From: Minisyncoccota bacterium | GTDB taxonomy: Bacteria; Patescibacteriota; Minisyncoccia; Phycocordibacterales; Phycocordibacteraceae | DNA: 64,000 nucleotides | Reading direction: 5' to 3' | Assembly: GCA_036517735.1 (NCBI GenBank) | Contig: DATDUD010000048.1 | Coordinates: 3,559-67,558 of the forward strand | Shown: positions 19,479 through 28,990 of the stretch, in pieces | Position numbering within the stretch: the first letter of the stretch is position 1 | Layout: every line of letters starts with the position of its first letter | Translations under genes and position numbers: made by a program | The notes under the pieces: model-generated | What the model was told of the DNA's origin: nothing | Databases searched by the model: none | The model's input: the letters and a program-made list of their open reading frames with translations, nothing else

Positions 19479-20611
19479 GTACACCAATGAAGCCGGATGA
19501 GATCCTACGCCGCGCATCGAGCATTGGTTCCTACTATGGCTTCACTCCCCTCTCAACACTTGCCGCTACGCATAAGATATCGAAACGCATTCCGTATCCA
19601 GACTCAATAAATCTAGACGCGCTTGACTCGGTTGCACGCGAGGTTGCCGGCTTTCTAAAGCACGTTCGCGATATTGGACTCATTCCTTCTCCCGCCCAGC
19701 CTCTTTTCATCTGGCACACGAACGCAACTCCAGGACGTCCGGCTCCAAAGAACCTGATCGTTCAGTTCCATGCACTTGGCGCTGAACATGCGATTGCAGA
19801 CGCCGTACTCATGCGCGCTGTGCGGGCATTCCTGCATGACGTGGTGAAGGGCGAGCACGCGCTTCGCATCAACTCTATGGGAGACAAGGAGACCAGAAGT
19901 CGATTCGCACGCGAACTAACCACCTTCTTCAGGAAGCACGGTGCCACTCTCCCTGAAGACTGCGTTAACTGCGCAAAACGAGATGTCTTCGAGGCTGCCG
20001 AGCTTTTGGCAACAATGGACGCCAACAGTCTTCCTTCTTCGACCGATCATCTCTCTGAGGCGAGCAGAAAGCACTTTGAGGCAGTGCTTGAGTATCTGGA
20101 GTCGACCGATACGCCGTATGAACTTGCAAGTGATCTTCTTTCACGAGGTGCCAGCTGGACTGAGACCTGTTTTGAAATGTCCGCAGGCGATAACGCGCAT
20201 GCATGGGGTTCAAGGTATCAGGAGTTCTCAAAGGCCTTCTGGAAGAGTCATGTGCCGTCCATAGGGGCGGTCATCCGCATCACGACTGAGAACCGGGAGA
20301 CCGTTCCTTCGATGAAAGCTCCAGGACCTCCTCGCTTCGTATTCGTGCATATTGGAGACGAGGCGAAGCGCGAGAGTATGAAAGTGGCAGACAGCCTCAG
20401 AAAGGCCCGTATTCCACTCTCGCAGTCCATCGGCATCCAGTCGCTTTCCGAGCAGATGCGGTACGTTGACACCATCAATCCTCCCTATCTCCTAATCATG
20501 GGCCGCAAGGAGGCTTTGGAGCGCTCGGTCATTCTCCGCAATCGTGCTACATACACGGAAACTTTCATACCGCTCGATTCGTTGGTTGATAGGTTGAGGG
20601 AAGTCGTTTAA
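19475..20611 (+). CDS. Degenerate HisRS-like protein with anticodon-binding domain
   Basis: YYGF, LRINSMG, LSRG..WTETCFE, C-terminal LIMGRKEALERSVILRN; motif-2 RxERPQ absent. Confidence 0.7.
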   Translation: MSTPMKPDEILRRASSIGSYYGFTPLSTLAATHKISKRIPYPDSINLDALDSVAREVAGFLKHVRDIGLIPSPAQPLFIWHTNATPGRPAPKNLIVQFHALGAEHAIADAVLMRAVRAFLHDVVKGEHALRINSMGDKETRSRFARELTTFFRKHGATLPEDCVNCAKRDVFEAAELLATMDANSLPSSTDHLSEASRKHFEAVLEYLESTDTPYELASDLLSRGASWTETCFEMSAGDNAHAWGSRYQEFSKAFWKSHVPSIGAVIRITTENRETVPSMKAPGPPRFVFVHIGDEAKRESMKVADSLRKARIPLSQSIGIQSLSEQMRYVDTINPPYLLIMGRKEALERSVILRNRATYTETFIPLDSLVDRLREVV

Positions 20612-20679
20612 TTTTCAGGACTTCTCCATATCTTTGTTAAGACTCCTTAATCGGAGTTTTGCTACGTTCAGCAATACAT

Positions 20680-21099
20680 ATGAACGCAGATACTGAGTGG
20701 AGTGCAATTAGAGCGAGCCTAAACCAACGTGCTAATTTTCCCAGACCAAAACGCGGACAAATCTGGTGGTGCGCACTGGGTCCAGAAGTGGGATCTGAAC
20801 AAAGTAATCGCGTAGGATTTGAAAGACCTGTGCTCGTTATTAAGGTATTCGGAACTGTATTCTGGGGATTGCCGATCACGCGATCGGATCCCTGGAAATC
20901 CAAGAAGAGAAGCGCCTTGTTCTACATGCTTGAGGACATGACCTACGAAAATCAGTCAGGGGAGACGAAGGTATTGACCGGCTATGTAGCTCTTAGCCAG
21001 CTGCGCACGTTCGATGCACGGCGCCTTAGTCGAAAGATCCTTAAACTAGATGCAAAAACGGGCGATGCCATTGTTCGTAAGCTTAAGGGATTTATGTAG
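20680..21099 (+). CDS. PemK/MazF-family endoribonuclease, orphan
   Basis: RGQIWWCALG.EVGSEQ..RPVLVI..GLPIT..SQLRTFD.RRL. Confidence 0.88.
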   Translation: MNADTEWSAIRASLNQRANFPRPKRGQIWWCALGPEVGSEQSNRVGFERPVLVIKVFGTVFWGLPITRSDPWKSKKRSALFYMLEDMTYENQSGETKVLTGYVALSQLRTFDARRLSRKILKLDAKTGDAIVRKLKGFM

Positions 21100-21194
21100 A
21101 GAAGCCCGCTTTCGCGGACTTCTCGGGGCCTCGTGAGAGGTATTGTGGAACGGAAATCCTTCTCAGAATTTCCTCGGGACCTCGTGAGAGGTAT
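21100..21194 (-). ncRNA. Candidate two-unit double-hairpin sRNA convergent on mazF
   Basis: 22-nt direct repeat (21122-21143 / 21173-21194, 1 mismatch); GNRA-capped stems with G-U pairs only on the minus strand; own promoter. Confidence 0.6.
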
Positions 21195-21200
21195 GCCGGT

Positions 21201-21229
21201 ATTATACACTCCCAAACAACGAGTGCCAA
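21201..21229 (-). promoter_or_regulatory. Sigma70 promoter driving the repeat RNA
   Basis: Minus strand TTGGCA-17-TATAAT with no minus-strand ORF downstream. Confidence 0.7.
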
Positions 21230-21284
21230 CCCGTTTCTTCGTTATCTGGACAAGGAGAACTGGTTTTGGTAGCATTCGCCCATT

Positions 21285-21545
21285 ATGCAGAACGCAATAC
21301 GTGTAGAGGTTCGTCGAAACAAGAATGAGAGCGCTGCTTCACTCATCCGCCGTTTCTCCCGCCGCGCGCAGGGACTTAACCTCGTGCGAGGTATGCGCGC
21401 CCGCCGATACTTCTCCCGCACCAAGTCCAAGAACGTCGGCCATGCACGCGCCCTTGTGCGCTCTGAACGCATCAACGAGTACAACCAGCTCGTGAAGCTC
21501 GGAAAGATCGATCCCGCCGCAAAGAAGACCCGCGGGAGGAAGTAG
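21285..21545 (+). CDS. rpsU: 30S ribosomal protein S21-like
   Basis: Basic 86 aa; VEVR..ES...LIRRF...RRYF. Confidence 0.65.
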   Translation: MQNAIRVEVRRNKNESAASLIRRFSRRAQGLNLVRGMRARRYFSRTKSKNVGHARALVRSERINEYNQLVKLGKIDPAAKKTRGRK

Positions 21546-21548
21546 CCG

Positions 21549-21998
21549 ATGGCAACAGTTGATATACGTAATTTCACCAGGGGCCAGAAGCCCCGTTTGC
21601 CGTTTGGGAAGATAGCTGACTCTGTACTCCCTTCTTGGGATATATCACTTGTCATTGCCGGAGAAGATCGTGCACGGAACCTAAACCATGCTCTCCGCAA
21701 TAAGGAATACGTACCGAACGTACTTTCATACAAGGTCGGCAAAGCGAGCGGCGAGATCATTCTTTGTCCTTCCATTGCGCGTAAAGAAGCTTCTCAATAC
21801 GGACACACATACACCGAACACCTCCTCTTTCTCTTTATCCACGGACTCCTTCATTTGAAGGGCCTTCGACATGGGGATACAATGGAAAAGCAAGAGCGGA
21901 AGTATCTCCGCAATGCTTTACCTTTAAAATCAAATGGCACGACGCATAGCAACAGGGATAGATATCGGAACGCACCAAACGAAGGTCGTCGTCGTTGA
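21549..21998 (+). CDS. ybeY: rRNA maturation RNase YbeY
   Basis: LN..LRNK...NVLSY, HGLLHLKGLRH. Confidence 0.92.
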   Translation: MATVDIRNFTRGQKPRLPFGKIADSVLPSWDISLVIAGEDRARNLNHALRNKEYVPNVLSYKVGKASGEIILCPSIARKEASQYGHTYTEHLLFLFIHGLLHLKGLRHGDTMEKQERKYLRNALPLKSNGTTHSNRDRYRNAPNEGRRR

Positions 21999-23100
21999 GG
22001 AATTCGATACTCCTGAAGGTCCCTCAATCCGCATCATTGGGACCGGACTTTCTGATACCCAGGGGATACGCCACGGGTACGTCGTCGACATTGCTGATGC
22101 TACTCAAAGCATCCTGGCCGCAAAACGTCAGGCCGAGATCGCTGCCCGTGTTCCCATACGCGCTGGCTTCCTTGCCATTGGGGGGGTGTCCTTGGACGAG
22201 ACTCGAGGCAGTGGCGAAACCGTCATCTCACGCGCCGATTCGGAAATAACGGAGCTTGATATCGACAAGGTACGGGATGCTGCAAGAAGGGCCGCCGAGC
22301 CAAACTTCCTCAACCGGAAGGTACTCCACGAGATACCGATAGAGTTCAGGATAGACGGGGCGAAGGTCATAGGGAATCCATTGGGCATGAAGGGCACAAG
22401 GCTTGAAGGCGAGTTTCTCTTCATCACCTGCCTTGCCCAGCATGCCGACATGCTCACAAGCGCCGTTGAGGCCGCCGACATTGAGGTCATTGACCGCATG
22501 GCTTCTCCCCTTGCCGGCTCGTACGTCACCCTCACCAAGGACCAGAAGATAAAGGGGTGCGTGCTCGCCAATATAGGAGCTGAGACAGTCTCAATAGTGG
22601 TGTATGATGAGGGCCTGCCTATCTCCGTGAAGGTCTTTCCTGTCGGCTCGACCAACATAACGGACGATCTTGCGCTTGGATTCCGCATCTCACTTGAGGA
22701 CGCAGAACGTATCAAGCTCGGGCGGCTCTCAGGGGCGATGTATTCGCGCAAGAAAGTTGAGGACATCATCACCACCCGCTTTCGAACCATGTTTGATCTC
22801 ATCGAAAAGCATCTGCGTTCCATCGACCGCCACCGCGCGCTTCCAGCCGGTATCGTGCTCACGGGCGGGGGCGCAGGAACAGGCAACGTGAGCGACATAG
22901 CGAAGGGTGCGCTCAGCCTTCCGTCGCGCATCGCGGACGTGCGCATCTCGTCTGACGCTAAAGTGAAGGATGCGACCTGGGCAGTGGCGTACGGACTTGC
23001 CCTTTGGGGCATGACCGGCGATGTGGAGGCTCCACGGAAGGAGAACTTTAGGGAGGTCGGCAAGCTGGTCCAGAACTTCTTCCGGCAGTTCATGCCTTGA
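21934..23100 (+). CDS. ftsA: Cell division protein FtsA
   Basis: GIDIGT, NPLGMKG, NIGAET, GIVLTGGGA; upstream of ftsZ. Confidence 0.95.
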   Translation: MARRIATGIDIGTHQTKVVVVEEFDTPEGPSIRIIGTGLSDTQGIRHGYVVDIADATQSILAAKRQAEIAARVPIRAGFLAIGGVSLDETRGSGETVISRADSEITELDIDKVRDAARRAAEPNFLNRKVLHEIPIEFRIDGAKVIGNPLGMKGTRLEGEFLFITCLAQHADMLTSAVEAADIEVIDRMASPLAGSYVTLTKDQKIKGCVLANIGAETVSIVVYDEGLPISVKVFPVGSTNITDDLALGFRISLEDAERIKLGRLSGAMYSRKKVEDIITTRFRTMFDLIEKHLRSIDRHRALPAGIVLTGGGAGTGNVSDIAKGALSLPSRIADVRISSDAKVKDATWAVAYGLALWGMTGDVEAPRKENFREVGKLVQNFFRQFMP

Positions 23101-23196
23101 GAGGGACACGGCTTCGCCTCACGTCAAGATTTGCAATACTGATGCGTAGGGGCATAATTCGATTCATACCTTTTTAGCTATTATTTCTGATCCACT

Positions 23197-24435
23197 ATGT
23201 CCAAGCGAGTAACGCCTGAAGTAGAGACCTTTGCCCGAATCCGGGTGGTTGGGTGCGGCGGTTCAGGCAGCAATGCCGTGAACCACATGATCGAGTCCAA
23301 AGTGAAGGGCGTCGAGTTCATTGCGGTGAACTCAGACGCGCAGGACCTGCATCGTTCGCTTGCGAAGAAGCGGGTTCACATCGGTAAGAACCTCACGCGA
23401 GGACTCGGGACCGGCATGAACCCCGACCTCGGCAAGCGCGCTGCCGAAGAGACTCGTCAGGAGATCCAAGAAGCACTTCAGGGCTCGGACATGGTCTTCA
23501 TCACCTGCGGTATGGGCGGTGGCACAGGTACTGGCGCTGCTCCAGTGGTAGCTAAGATTGCCAAGGAGATCGGCGCGCTTACCATTGCGGTAGTCACCCG
23601 CCCCTTCTCCTTCGAAGGCGCACAGCGCTCTGATATTGCCGAGCAGGGGCTTGCTCAACTCAAACAGGAGGTTGACGCATACATCATCATCCCGAACGAC
23701 AAGCTTCTCTCCATAGTTGAAGGCAAGACCTCGGCCAAGGCGGCGTTCGCTCTTGCTGATGAGGTGCTCCGCCAGGCTGTCGAGGGTGTTTCTGACATCA
23801 TCACTACACCGGGTGAAATCAACACTGACTTCAACGATATCAAGGCCATCATGGAGGGTGCAGGTCCTTCACTTATGGGCATTGGGGTAGCTGACGGAGA
23901 TAATCGCGCAAAGGACGCTGCAACGCTGGCGGTCAATTCCCCACTTCTCGACGTCTCCATTTCTGGAGCAAAGGGCATTCTCTTTGTGGTTGCAGGACAT
24001 GAGGACCTCGGTATCCACGAGGTGCAGGAGGCCGCTGCGGTCATCAATGAATCGGTCGACAAGAACGCGAAGGTCATCTTCGGTATCATGCACGACACCA
24101 AGCTGAAGAAAGGACAGATCCGCATCATCGTCATTGCAACCGGCTTCCCTGACGCAGGCGGTGAGAGCCCTGCTGGAGGTTTCGGACAGTCTCTCTTCTC
24201 TATGCCTGCTCGTGAACAGTCAGAAGCCAAGAGCTCCATACTTGGAAGCTTCAAGCGCGACGAGGACTCTGCCGTCGTGACCGAGGAGGTCGAAGAGAAG
24301 CCCAAGCCCAAGCGGGAGGAGCCGGTCGTAACTGCGACACCGCGAAAGAATGCGACCGTACAGACACCGATTGTCGATGAGGACGACGAGGCCTGGGGTG
24401 CTATCCCAAGCTTCCTGAGGAGGCACAAGAAATAG
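23197..24435 (+). CDS. ftsZ: Cell division protein FtsZ
   Basis: [17 protein letters not shown]-terminal IPSFLRR. Confidence 0.98.
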   Translation: MSKRVTPEVETFARIRVVGCGGSGSNAVNHMIESKVKGVEFIAVNSDAQDLHRSLAKKRVHIGKNLTRGLGTGMNPDLGKRAAEETRQEIQEALQGSDMVFITCGMGGGTGTGAAPVVAKIAKEIGALTIAVVTRPFSFEGAQRSDIAEQGLAQLKQEVDAYIIIPNDKLLSIVEGKTSAKAAFALADEVLRQAVEGVSDIITTPGEINTDFNDIKAIMEGAGPSLMGIGVADGDNRAKDAATLAVNSPLLDVSISGAKGILFVVAGHEDLGIHEVQEAAAVINESVDKNAKVIFGIMHDTKLKKGQIRIIVIATGFPDAGGESPAGGFGQSLFSMPAREQSEAKSSILGSFKRDEDSAVVTEEVEEKPKPKREEPVVTATPRKNATVQTPIVDEDDEAWGAIPSFLRRHKK

Positions 24436-24445
24436 TTTAAAACGA

Positions 24446-24475
24446 AGAAATCCCCCGGCGCATCGGGGGATTTCT
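24446..24475 (+). terminator. Terminator after ftsZ
   Basis: AGAAATCCCCCG..CGGGGGATTTCT. Confidence 0.75.
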
Positions 24476-24496
24476 GTTATACTCTCATAATTGTGT

Positions 24497-25423
24497 ATGA
24501 CGTACGATCTCCTAATTATCGGCGGCGGGCCTGCGGGCGTTGCTGCAGGCGTGTACGCAGCAAGAAAGCAATTGAAGACAGTGCTTGTAGCCGAAGAGAT
24601 CGGGGGTCAGAGCATGGTCTCCGAAGGCATAGAGAACTGGATAGGCATACCACTCATTCCTGGAGCGGCCCTCTCAAAATCTTTCAAGGCGCATTTGGAC
24701 GCAGTGAAAGGTGAATTCGTAGAAGTTGTTGAGGGAGAGAGGATTGAGAAACTCGCAAAGAACGGCACTATCTTCACGGCAACGACTAAAAGCGGAAAGA
24801 CCTTTGAAAGCCGAGCCGTACTTATCGCCTCGGGAGCAGCAAGGAAGAAGTTGGAAATTCCTGGAGCTGACACGTTTGAGCATAAAGGTGTTACGTACTG
24901 TGCTTCCTGCGACGGCCCTCTTTTTAGCGGCCAGGACCTTGCAGTCGTAGGGGGTGGAAATGCCGGCTTTGAAACCGCGCTCCAGCTTCTTGCGTATTGC
25001 GGCAAAGTTACCCTGATTCATCGTAGGGAAGACTTCAAGGCTGACGCGGTAACCGTCGAGAAAGCGCGGCAGCACCCCAACATGCATATACTTACGAAGA
25101 CCGAGCCCGTGCGCGTCGAAGGTGAGAAGTTCGTCACGGGCCTCACGGTCAGGAATATTGATACTTCTGAGGAAACTACTCTTCCTGTTACCGGAGTTTT
25201 TGTGGAGATCGGAGTCATGCCGAATACGGAATTCGCACGCGGGCTCGTGGAGGTAAACGCTGTTGGACATATCGTAACGAACCCTCGTGATCAGAAGACG
25301 AACGTTGCAGGAATCTGGGCCGCAGGAGACGCAACCGACGAGCTTTACCATCAGAACAACATCGCTGCAGGAGATGCAGTGAAGGCGCTCGAGGACATCT
25401 ATCTCTGGCTTAAAACGCAATAA
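24497..25423 (+). CDS. trxB: Thioredoxin reductase/AhpF-like FAD oxidoreductase
   Basis: IIGGGPAG, YCASCDG, VGGGNAG, WAAGD. Confidence 0.85.
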   Translation: MTYDLLIIGGGPAGVAAGVYAARKQLKTVLVAEEIGGQSMVSEGIENWIGIPLIPGAALSKSFKAHLDAVKGEFVEVVEGERIEKLAKNGTIFTATTKSGKTFESRAVLIASGAARKKLEIPGADTFEHKGVTYCASCDGPLFSGQDLAVVGGGNAGFETALQLLAYCGKVTLIHRREDFKADAVTVEKARQHPNMHILTKTEPVRVEGEKFVTGLTVRNIDTSEETTLPVTGVFVEIGVMPNTEFARGLVEVNAVGHIVTNPRDQKTNVAGIWAAGDATDELYHQNNIAAGDAVKALEDIYLWLKTQ

Positions 25424-25454
25424 GAAAAGGCCCCGCTTGCGCGGGGCCTTTTCT
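25423..25454. terminator. Bidirectional terminator
   Basis: AGAAAAGGCCCCGC-TTGC-GCGGGGCCTTTTCT. Confidence 0.8.
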
Positions 25455-25475
25455 ATTATGGAGTTGTGGGTGAAG

Positions 25476-25613
25476 CTATGCAGCTACATCCTCACCACCA
25501 CCTGCCGGCGCTGCTGGAGCCTCATCGGGAGACTCATCAGCTGGAGCAGCCCCTTCCGGAGCTACAGTAGCTTCCTCACCTTCCTGAAGCGCGTCCTTGT
25601 TCTGATCATCCAT
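25476..25613 (-). CDS. Small acidic disordered protein (45 aa)
   Basis: MDDQNKDALQEGEEATVAPEGAAPADESPDEAPAAPAGGGEDVAA; ends at the shared terminator; below the ORF-track cutoff. Confidence 0.6.
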   Translation of the reverse strand: MDDQNKDALQEGEEATVAPEGAAPADESPDEAPAAPAGGGEDVAA

Positions 25614-25730
25614 AGTATGTGTTGCGGCCCCTTTTCCTTAGCCCAGAAAAAGAAAGGCCATCCATGAATTGGCTGGCAATGATTCGACCTGTGCGCCCAG
25701 TATACATGAGCTGCCTGTAAATACCATGAA

Positions 25731-26927
25731 TTAGTGGTACGCCCGATCCATCATGTCCCAGATGTCGCCTGCAACGTTCCGCGGTTCCCCTTTAAACGGA
25801 AGGTGGTGATTATCAAAGAACGGCATAGAATTACACTCGAGGATGCCGCAGCGGTCCTGTTCGTGCCATGGACGCGATAGGTCTCCGATGATGAAATCGA
25901 TGCCGACGATTGGGGCCTTGAGGAATTTCGCCACTTCCTCGAACATCTGCACATTCTCGGGATGTACTCCTTCAGTTGCGTCCACAGTCGTTCCCCCAAG
26001 GGACCAGTTCACCTTTTGATGAAACATAACTCGTACGCCTTTCTCAGGAACACTTTCGGGTGTGTATTCCTGCCAAGCAAGTTCTTTGAGCGCATCTTCG
26101 TTCAGTTTGATCTGAGAGAAATAGGGTCCGCTCCTGTCTGGATGCTTGTTCTCTTCTTCTACGAGTTCCCGAATCGTGCTCAATCCGTCCCCCACTACCG
26201 AAGGAGGGTCTCTTCTTAGAGCGGCACTATACACACCGTCAACAACCGTGATGCGATATACCGGTCCCTTGAGCTCCTCCTCGATGAGAGCAAGCGGCGC
26301 AACCTCCTTCGCAATGTGGAAAGCTCGTATTAGTTCTTCCTTGTTGTCGATATGAAGAACGGTATGACGGGAAGCAGAACCTGAGTGCGGCTTTATGATC
26401 ACCGGAGGAACAAGTTTCTTATATATGCGCTTGGCTCCTCTTTCAGTGAATGCCCCCGCTCCATCTGCAGTTGGAAAGCCGGCCTTCCTAAGCTTCTTCT
26501 TGAGTTCCGTCTTATTATCCATCCACCACACCCGGTCAATCCCTGAAGGAGGTTGAGGGATTCCTTCAAATGCAAGCTGTCTGCCACTTTTAAGGCGGGC
26601 ATAGAAGAGGTTCCGGGGAAGGTTGAAGAGGCGGAATTCCCAGATATCGATGCCCCGTGCATCTGCTTCCTCCCAGAGGACCTTGGCCAAGAGAAGCGTT
26701 TCGTTATCTGGACGTTCTTGTTTTCTTGCAAGACCAATGCGTACAAGAAAACGGAGGATCCAGGGTGTGACTCGACTTTCAACTGTTTGGAAGGCCTTCG
26801 CGAGGACACTCATGAGAGGGCCCGGAGAGAAGAGGGGCCTGAGGGTGTCGTCGAGGGCAACCGTGATATATGTCACCCGGTGCGGAATGGCGTCGCCTCC
26901 GCAGTGGATACAGGTGACGGCGCTCAT
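25731..26927 (-). CDS. ATP-grasp ligase (cyanophycin synthetase/GshAB-like domain)
   Basis: PVIIKP..GS, IEE...G..YRITVV, VVGDG.STI.ELV, GIDFI, LECNS.P. Confidence 0.8.
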   Translation of the reverse strand: MSAVTCIHCGGDAIPHRVTYITVALDDTLRPLFSPGPLMSVLAKAFQTVESRVTPWILRFLVRIGLARKQERPDNETLLLAKVLWEEADARGIDIWEFRLFNLPRNLFYARLKSGRQLAFEGIPQPPSGIDRVWWMDNKTELKKKLRKAGFPTADGAGAFTERGAKRIYKKLVPPVIIKPHSGSASRHTVLHIDNKEELIRAFHIAKEVAPLALIEEELKGPVYRITVVDGVYSAALRRDPPSVVGDGLSTIRELVEEENKHPDRSGPYFSQIKLNEDALKELAWQEYTPESVPEKGVRVMFHQKVNWSLGGTTVDATEGVHPENVQMFEEVAKFLKAPIVGIDFIIGDLSRPWHEQDRCGILECNSMPFFDNHHLPFKGEPRNVAGDIWDMMDRAYH

Positions 26928-26990
26928 GGTACGGACATAATACCGTGAAGGATTAGATGATGCAGCTGCTTGCTTAAAATCCCAGCTTAG

Positions 26991-27078
26991 CGGAGGAGGT
27001 GGGATTCGAACCCACGTGGGAGTTTCCCCCCGACCGCATTTCGAGTGCGGCGCGTTATGACCACTTCGCTACTCCTCC
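26991..27078 (-). tRNA. tRNA-Ser(CGA)
   Basis: GGAGGAG/CTCCTCC acceptor, CCGCA-CTCGAAA-TGCGG, long variable arm. Confidence 0.95.
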
Positions 27079-27088
27079 GTGCGGGGCA

Positions 27089-28057
27089 CTATACCTCGAT
27101 TTTCTTTAGATGTTTAGGGTTACTAAACCCAATTTCTCTGGAGTATCTTTCGACGTCTTTCTTTCGTCGCAATCTCACGTCACGGCCAGAACGAGTTGGT
27201 GTATAGCCGTCTTCTTTGAGCTGGTTCTCGACAAAGTCCAATAGAGGGGCCGATGCGCTGGTAAAGGCAATGCAGCACGACTTATATTTCTTTCCTTTAA
27301 TTGTGTGTATATCAAAATAAACACAGCCATCAGTATCTACAAGGCCTCGAATACATGCGCGAGCATATTCTGGCCTTTGCTGTACCCAGGCCGGAACAAT
27401 TGCCTGGTTTCTAGTTTTATTGCCTATACTTAAACCTTCTAATTGAAGAAACGACACAAGATTTTTTCGTGAACAGATTATTCGAGTAACGTTTTTTGAT
27501 GGGTTGTGAGTTACACTGGGCTTAAAGTCAAAAATCTCAAATATTAGTCGGCGTACATATTCTATATATTCCTTTTCGGCAATATGCAGGTAAATAATAA
27601 ATTGATATTTGGTAAGTCCTCCATCGCCGAGGGCAATTCCTATTAATTCCGCAAACTGAACACCTCTTTCTGGAAAGAGAATATTCTGGGCAACAAAAGG
27701 TGAACCCTCTATACTCCTGTGCGTTCCTATAGATCTCAGGCCGCCTTTGCGTCGCCCAACTGCCGTCCCGAAGTTTCCATAGAGTTGTATGCGAGCGTGT
27801 CCGCCAAGCATTCCTGCGGCTCTGCGCTTTTCACTTAAATCAAAGGATTCGTGCACAGGAAGTGGGATGTTGAATTCTTCAGACCATGCTTGAGCTATGG
27901 AAGCGGGCATACTGGTGTCGCCCGCACGCCAACTCCGTATCGTCCGGCTAGTCACTTCAGACAACTCTGCGAGCTGTTCTAACGAGTATCCGGAAGCGCT
28001 GCATATATCATTAAAGAATTTGTTAGGGTCCTTAAATGCAATTCTTGTCTCCATCAA
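27089..28057 (-). CDS. Free-standing two-motif LAGLIDADG endonuclease-like protein with N-terminal HTH
   Basis: ELIGIALGDGG and CIRGLVDTDGCV motifs; SLEQLAELSEVTSRTIRSW HTH; AT-richer than flanks. Confidence 0.8.
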   Translation of the reverse strand: MMETRIAFKDPNKFFNDICSASGYSLEQLAELSEVTSRTIRSWRAGDTSMPASIAQAWSEEFNIPLPVHESFDLSEKRRAAGMLGGHARIQLYGNFGTAVGRRKGGLRSIGTHRSIEGSPFVAQNILFPERGVQFAELIGIALGDGGLTKYQFIIYLHIAEKEYIEYVRRLIFEIFDFKPSVTHNPSKNVTRIICSRKNLVSFLQLEGLSIGNKTRNQAIVPAWVQQRPEYARACIRGLVDTDGCVYFDIHTIKGKKYKSCCIAFTSASAPLLDFVENQLKEDGYTPTRSGRDVRLRRKKDVERYSREIGFSNPKHLKKIEV

Positions 28058-28133
28058 ATTAGTATATCAACAAGTCAGACAAATCTCCACTTTTTGCTAA
28101 ACGCCCTCAGGAAATGTAGGATGTGCAGGCAAA

Positions 28134-28205
28134 GGCCCCATCGTCTAACGGTTAGGACGTATCCCTTTCACGGATAAAATCGGGGTTCGATTCCCCGTGG
28201 GGTCA
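28134..28205 (+). tRNA. tRNA-Glu(TTC)
   Basis: GGCCCCA/TGGGGTC acceptor, TATCC-CTTTCAC-GGATA. Confidence 0.95.
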
Positions 28206-28280
28206 TGATTTGACAAATATATGTTTCATTATACTATGAGTAATGGGTAATTACGCCCTTTTATTGAAGGAGGTTCTGCT

Positions 28281-28718
28281 GTGCAGGCCAACAAAAATTC
28301 TCCGAGACTGAGTCTTGCGACAAAACTCACTTTCTCGTTCCACACGCTGGTGACCAGCAAAGAAATCCTGGAAGTGGAGCTGATGAATATGGTTAACGAG
28401 GCTCTCTCGCAAAGGCCTTGGAAGACCGTAGGCGGCGCGCCCCTTTCGACCTACAGCCTGAGTTACGAAGGTGTCATTCCCTTGGCTCCAAACGCAAGAC
28501 GGGGCACGACCGAACAAGCCATCGTGCTCAGTCTGGGACGGCAACACAAGGCCAGGAACATCTATGCACTGCAAAAATATGCCGCAGTGCTCGGTGAGTT
28601 CTTGGCAAACTTGGAAATGCCAGGCTCCGAGGAGTTGTACGCTGTCCACGTCACATTGCATGTGGTCTGCTGGACGATGCATTTTACTCCGTTCAGTGAG
28701 AATCATTCGAGGACTTAA
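28281..28718 (+). CDS. Hypothetical ORFan
   Basis: TTGACA..TACTAT promoter at about 28210-28237, AAGGAGG RBS, GTG start. Confidence 0.55.
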   Translation: MQANKNSPRLSLATKLTFSFHTLVTSKEILEVELMNMVNEALSQRPWKTVGGAPLSTYSLSYEGVIPLAPNARRGTTEQAIVLSLGRQHKARNIYALQKYAAVLGEFLANLEMPGSEELYAVHVTLHVVCWTMHFTPFSENHSRT

Positions 28719-28933
28719 TTCCGTCCTAGTATAGAAGGCTTAGCCCGAATAGCCTCAGACGGGAACCCCGATGCTATTTGGTGTCGGGGTTTTGCTATTT
28801 TTAATCCCTAATGGCAGTATCTAGAGCAAGCTAAGCTCACGATCTAGAGAGCGTCCAAATACTAACCAAGTATTAAGCTCCCGCACAAGCTGGTTCAATT
28901 CTGTGACTAACGTGGGTCATGCACGAACTGGAA

Positions 28934-28971
28934 AGTAAATAAGCCACCTTAGCTAAGGTGGCTTATTTACT
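28934..28971. terminator. Perfect 38-bp palindrome, probable terminator of the 28991-29809 gene
   Basis: AGTAAATAAGCCACCTTAG|CTAAGGTGGCTTATTTACT. Confidence 0.65.
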
Positions 28972-28990
28972 ATCTGGAACCAGATTTTAA

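Noticed and set aside
21122-21194. CRISPR mini-array interpretation of the mazF repeats (also 42196-42259)
   Set aside because: Only two units; the intervening parts are structured stems or 4 nt rather than spacers; no cas genes in the window.
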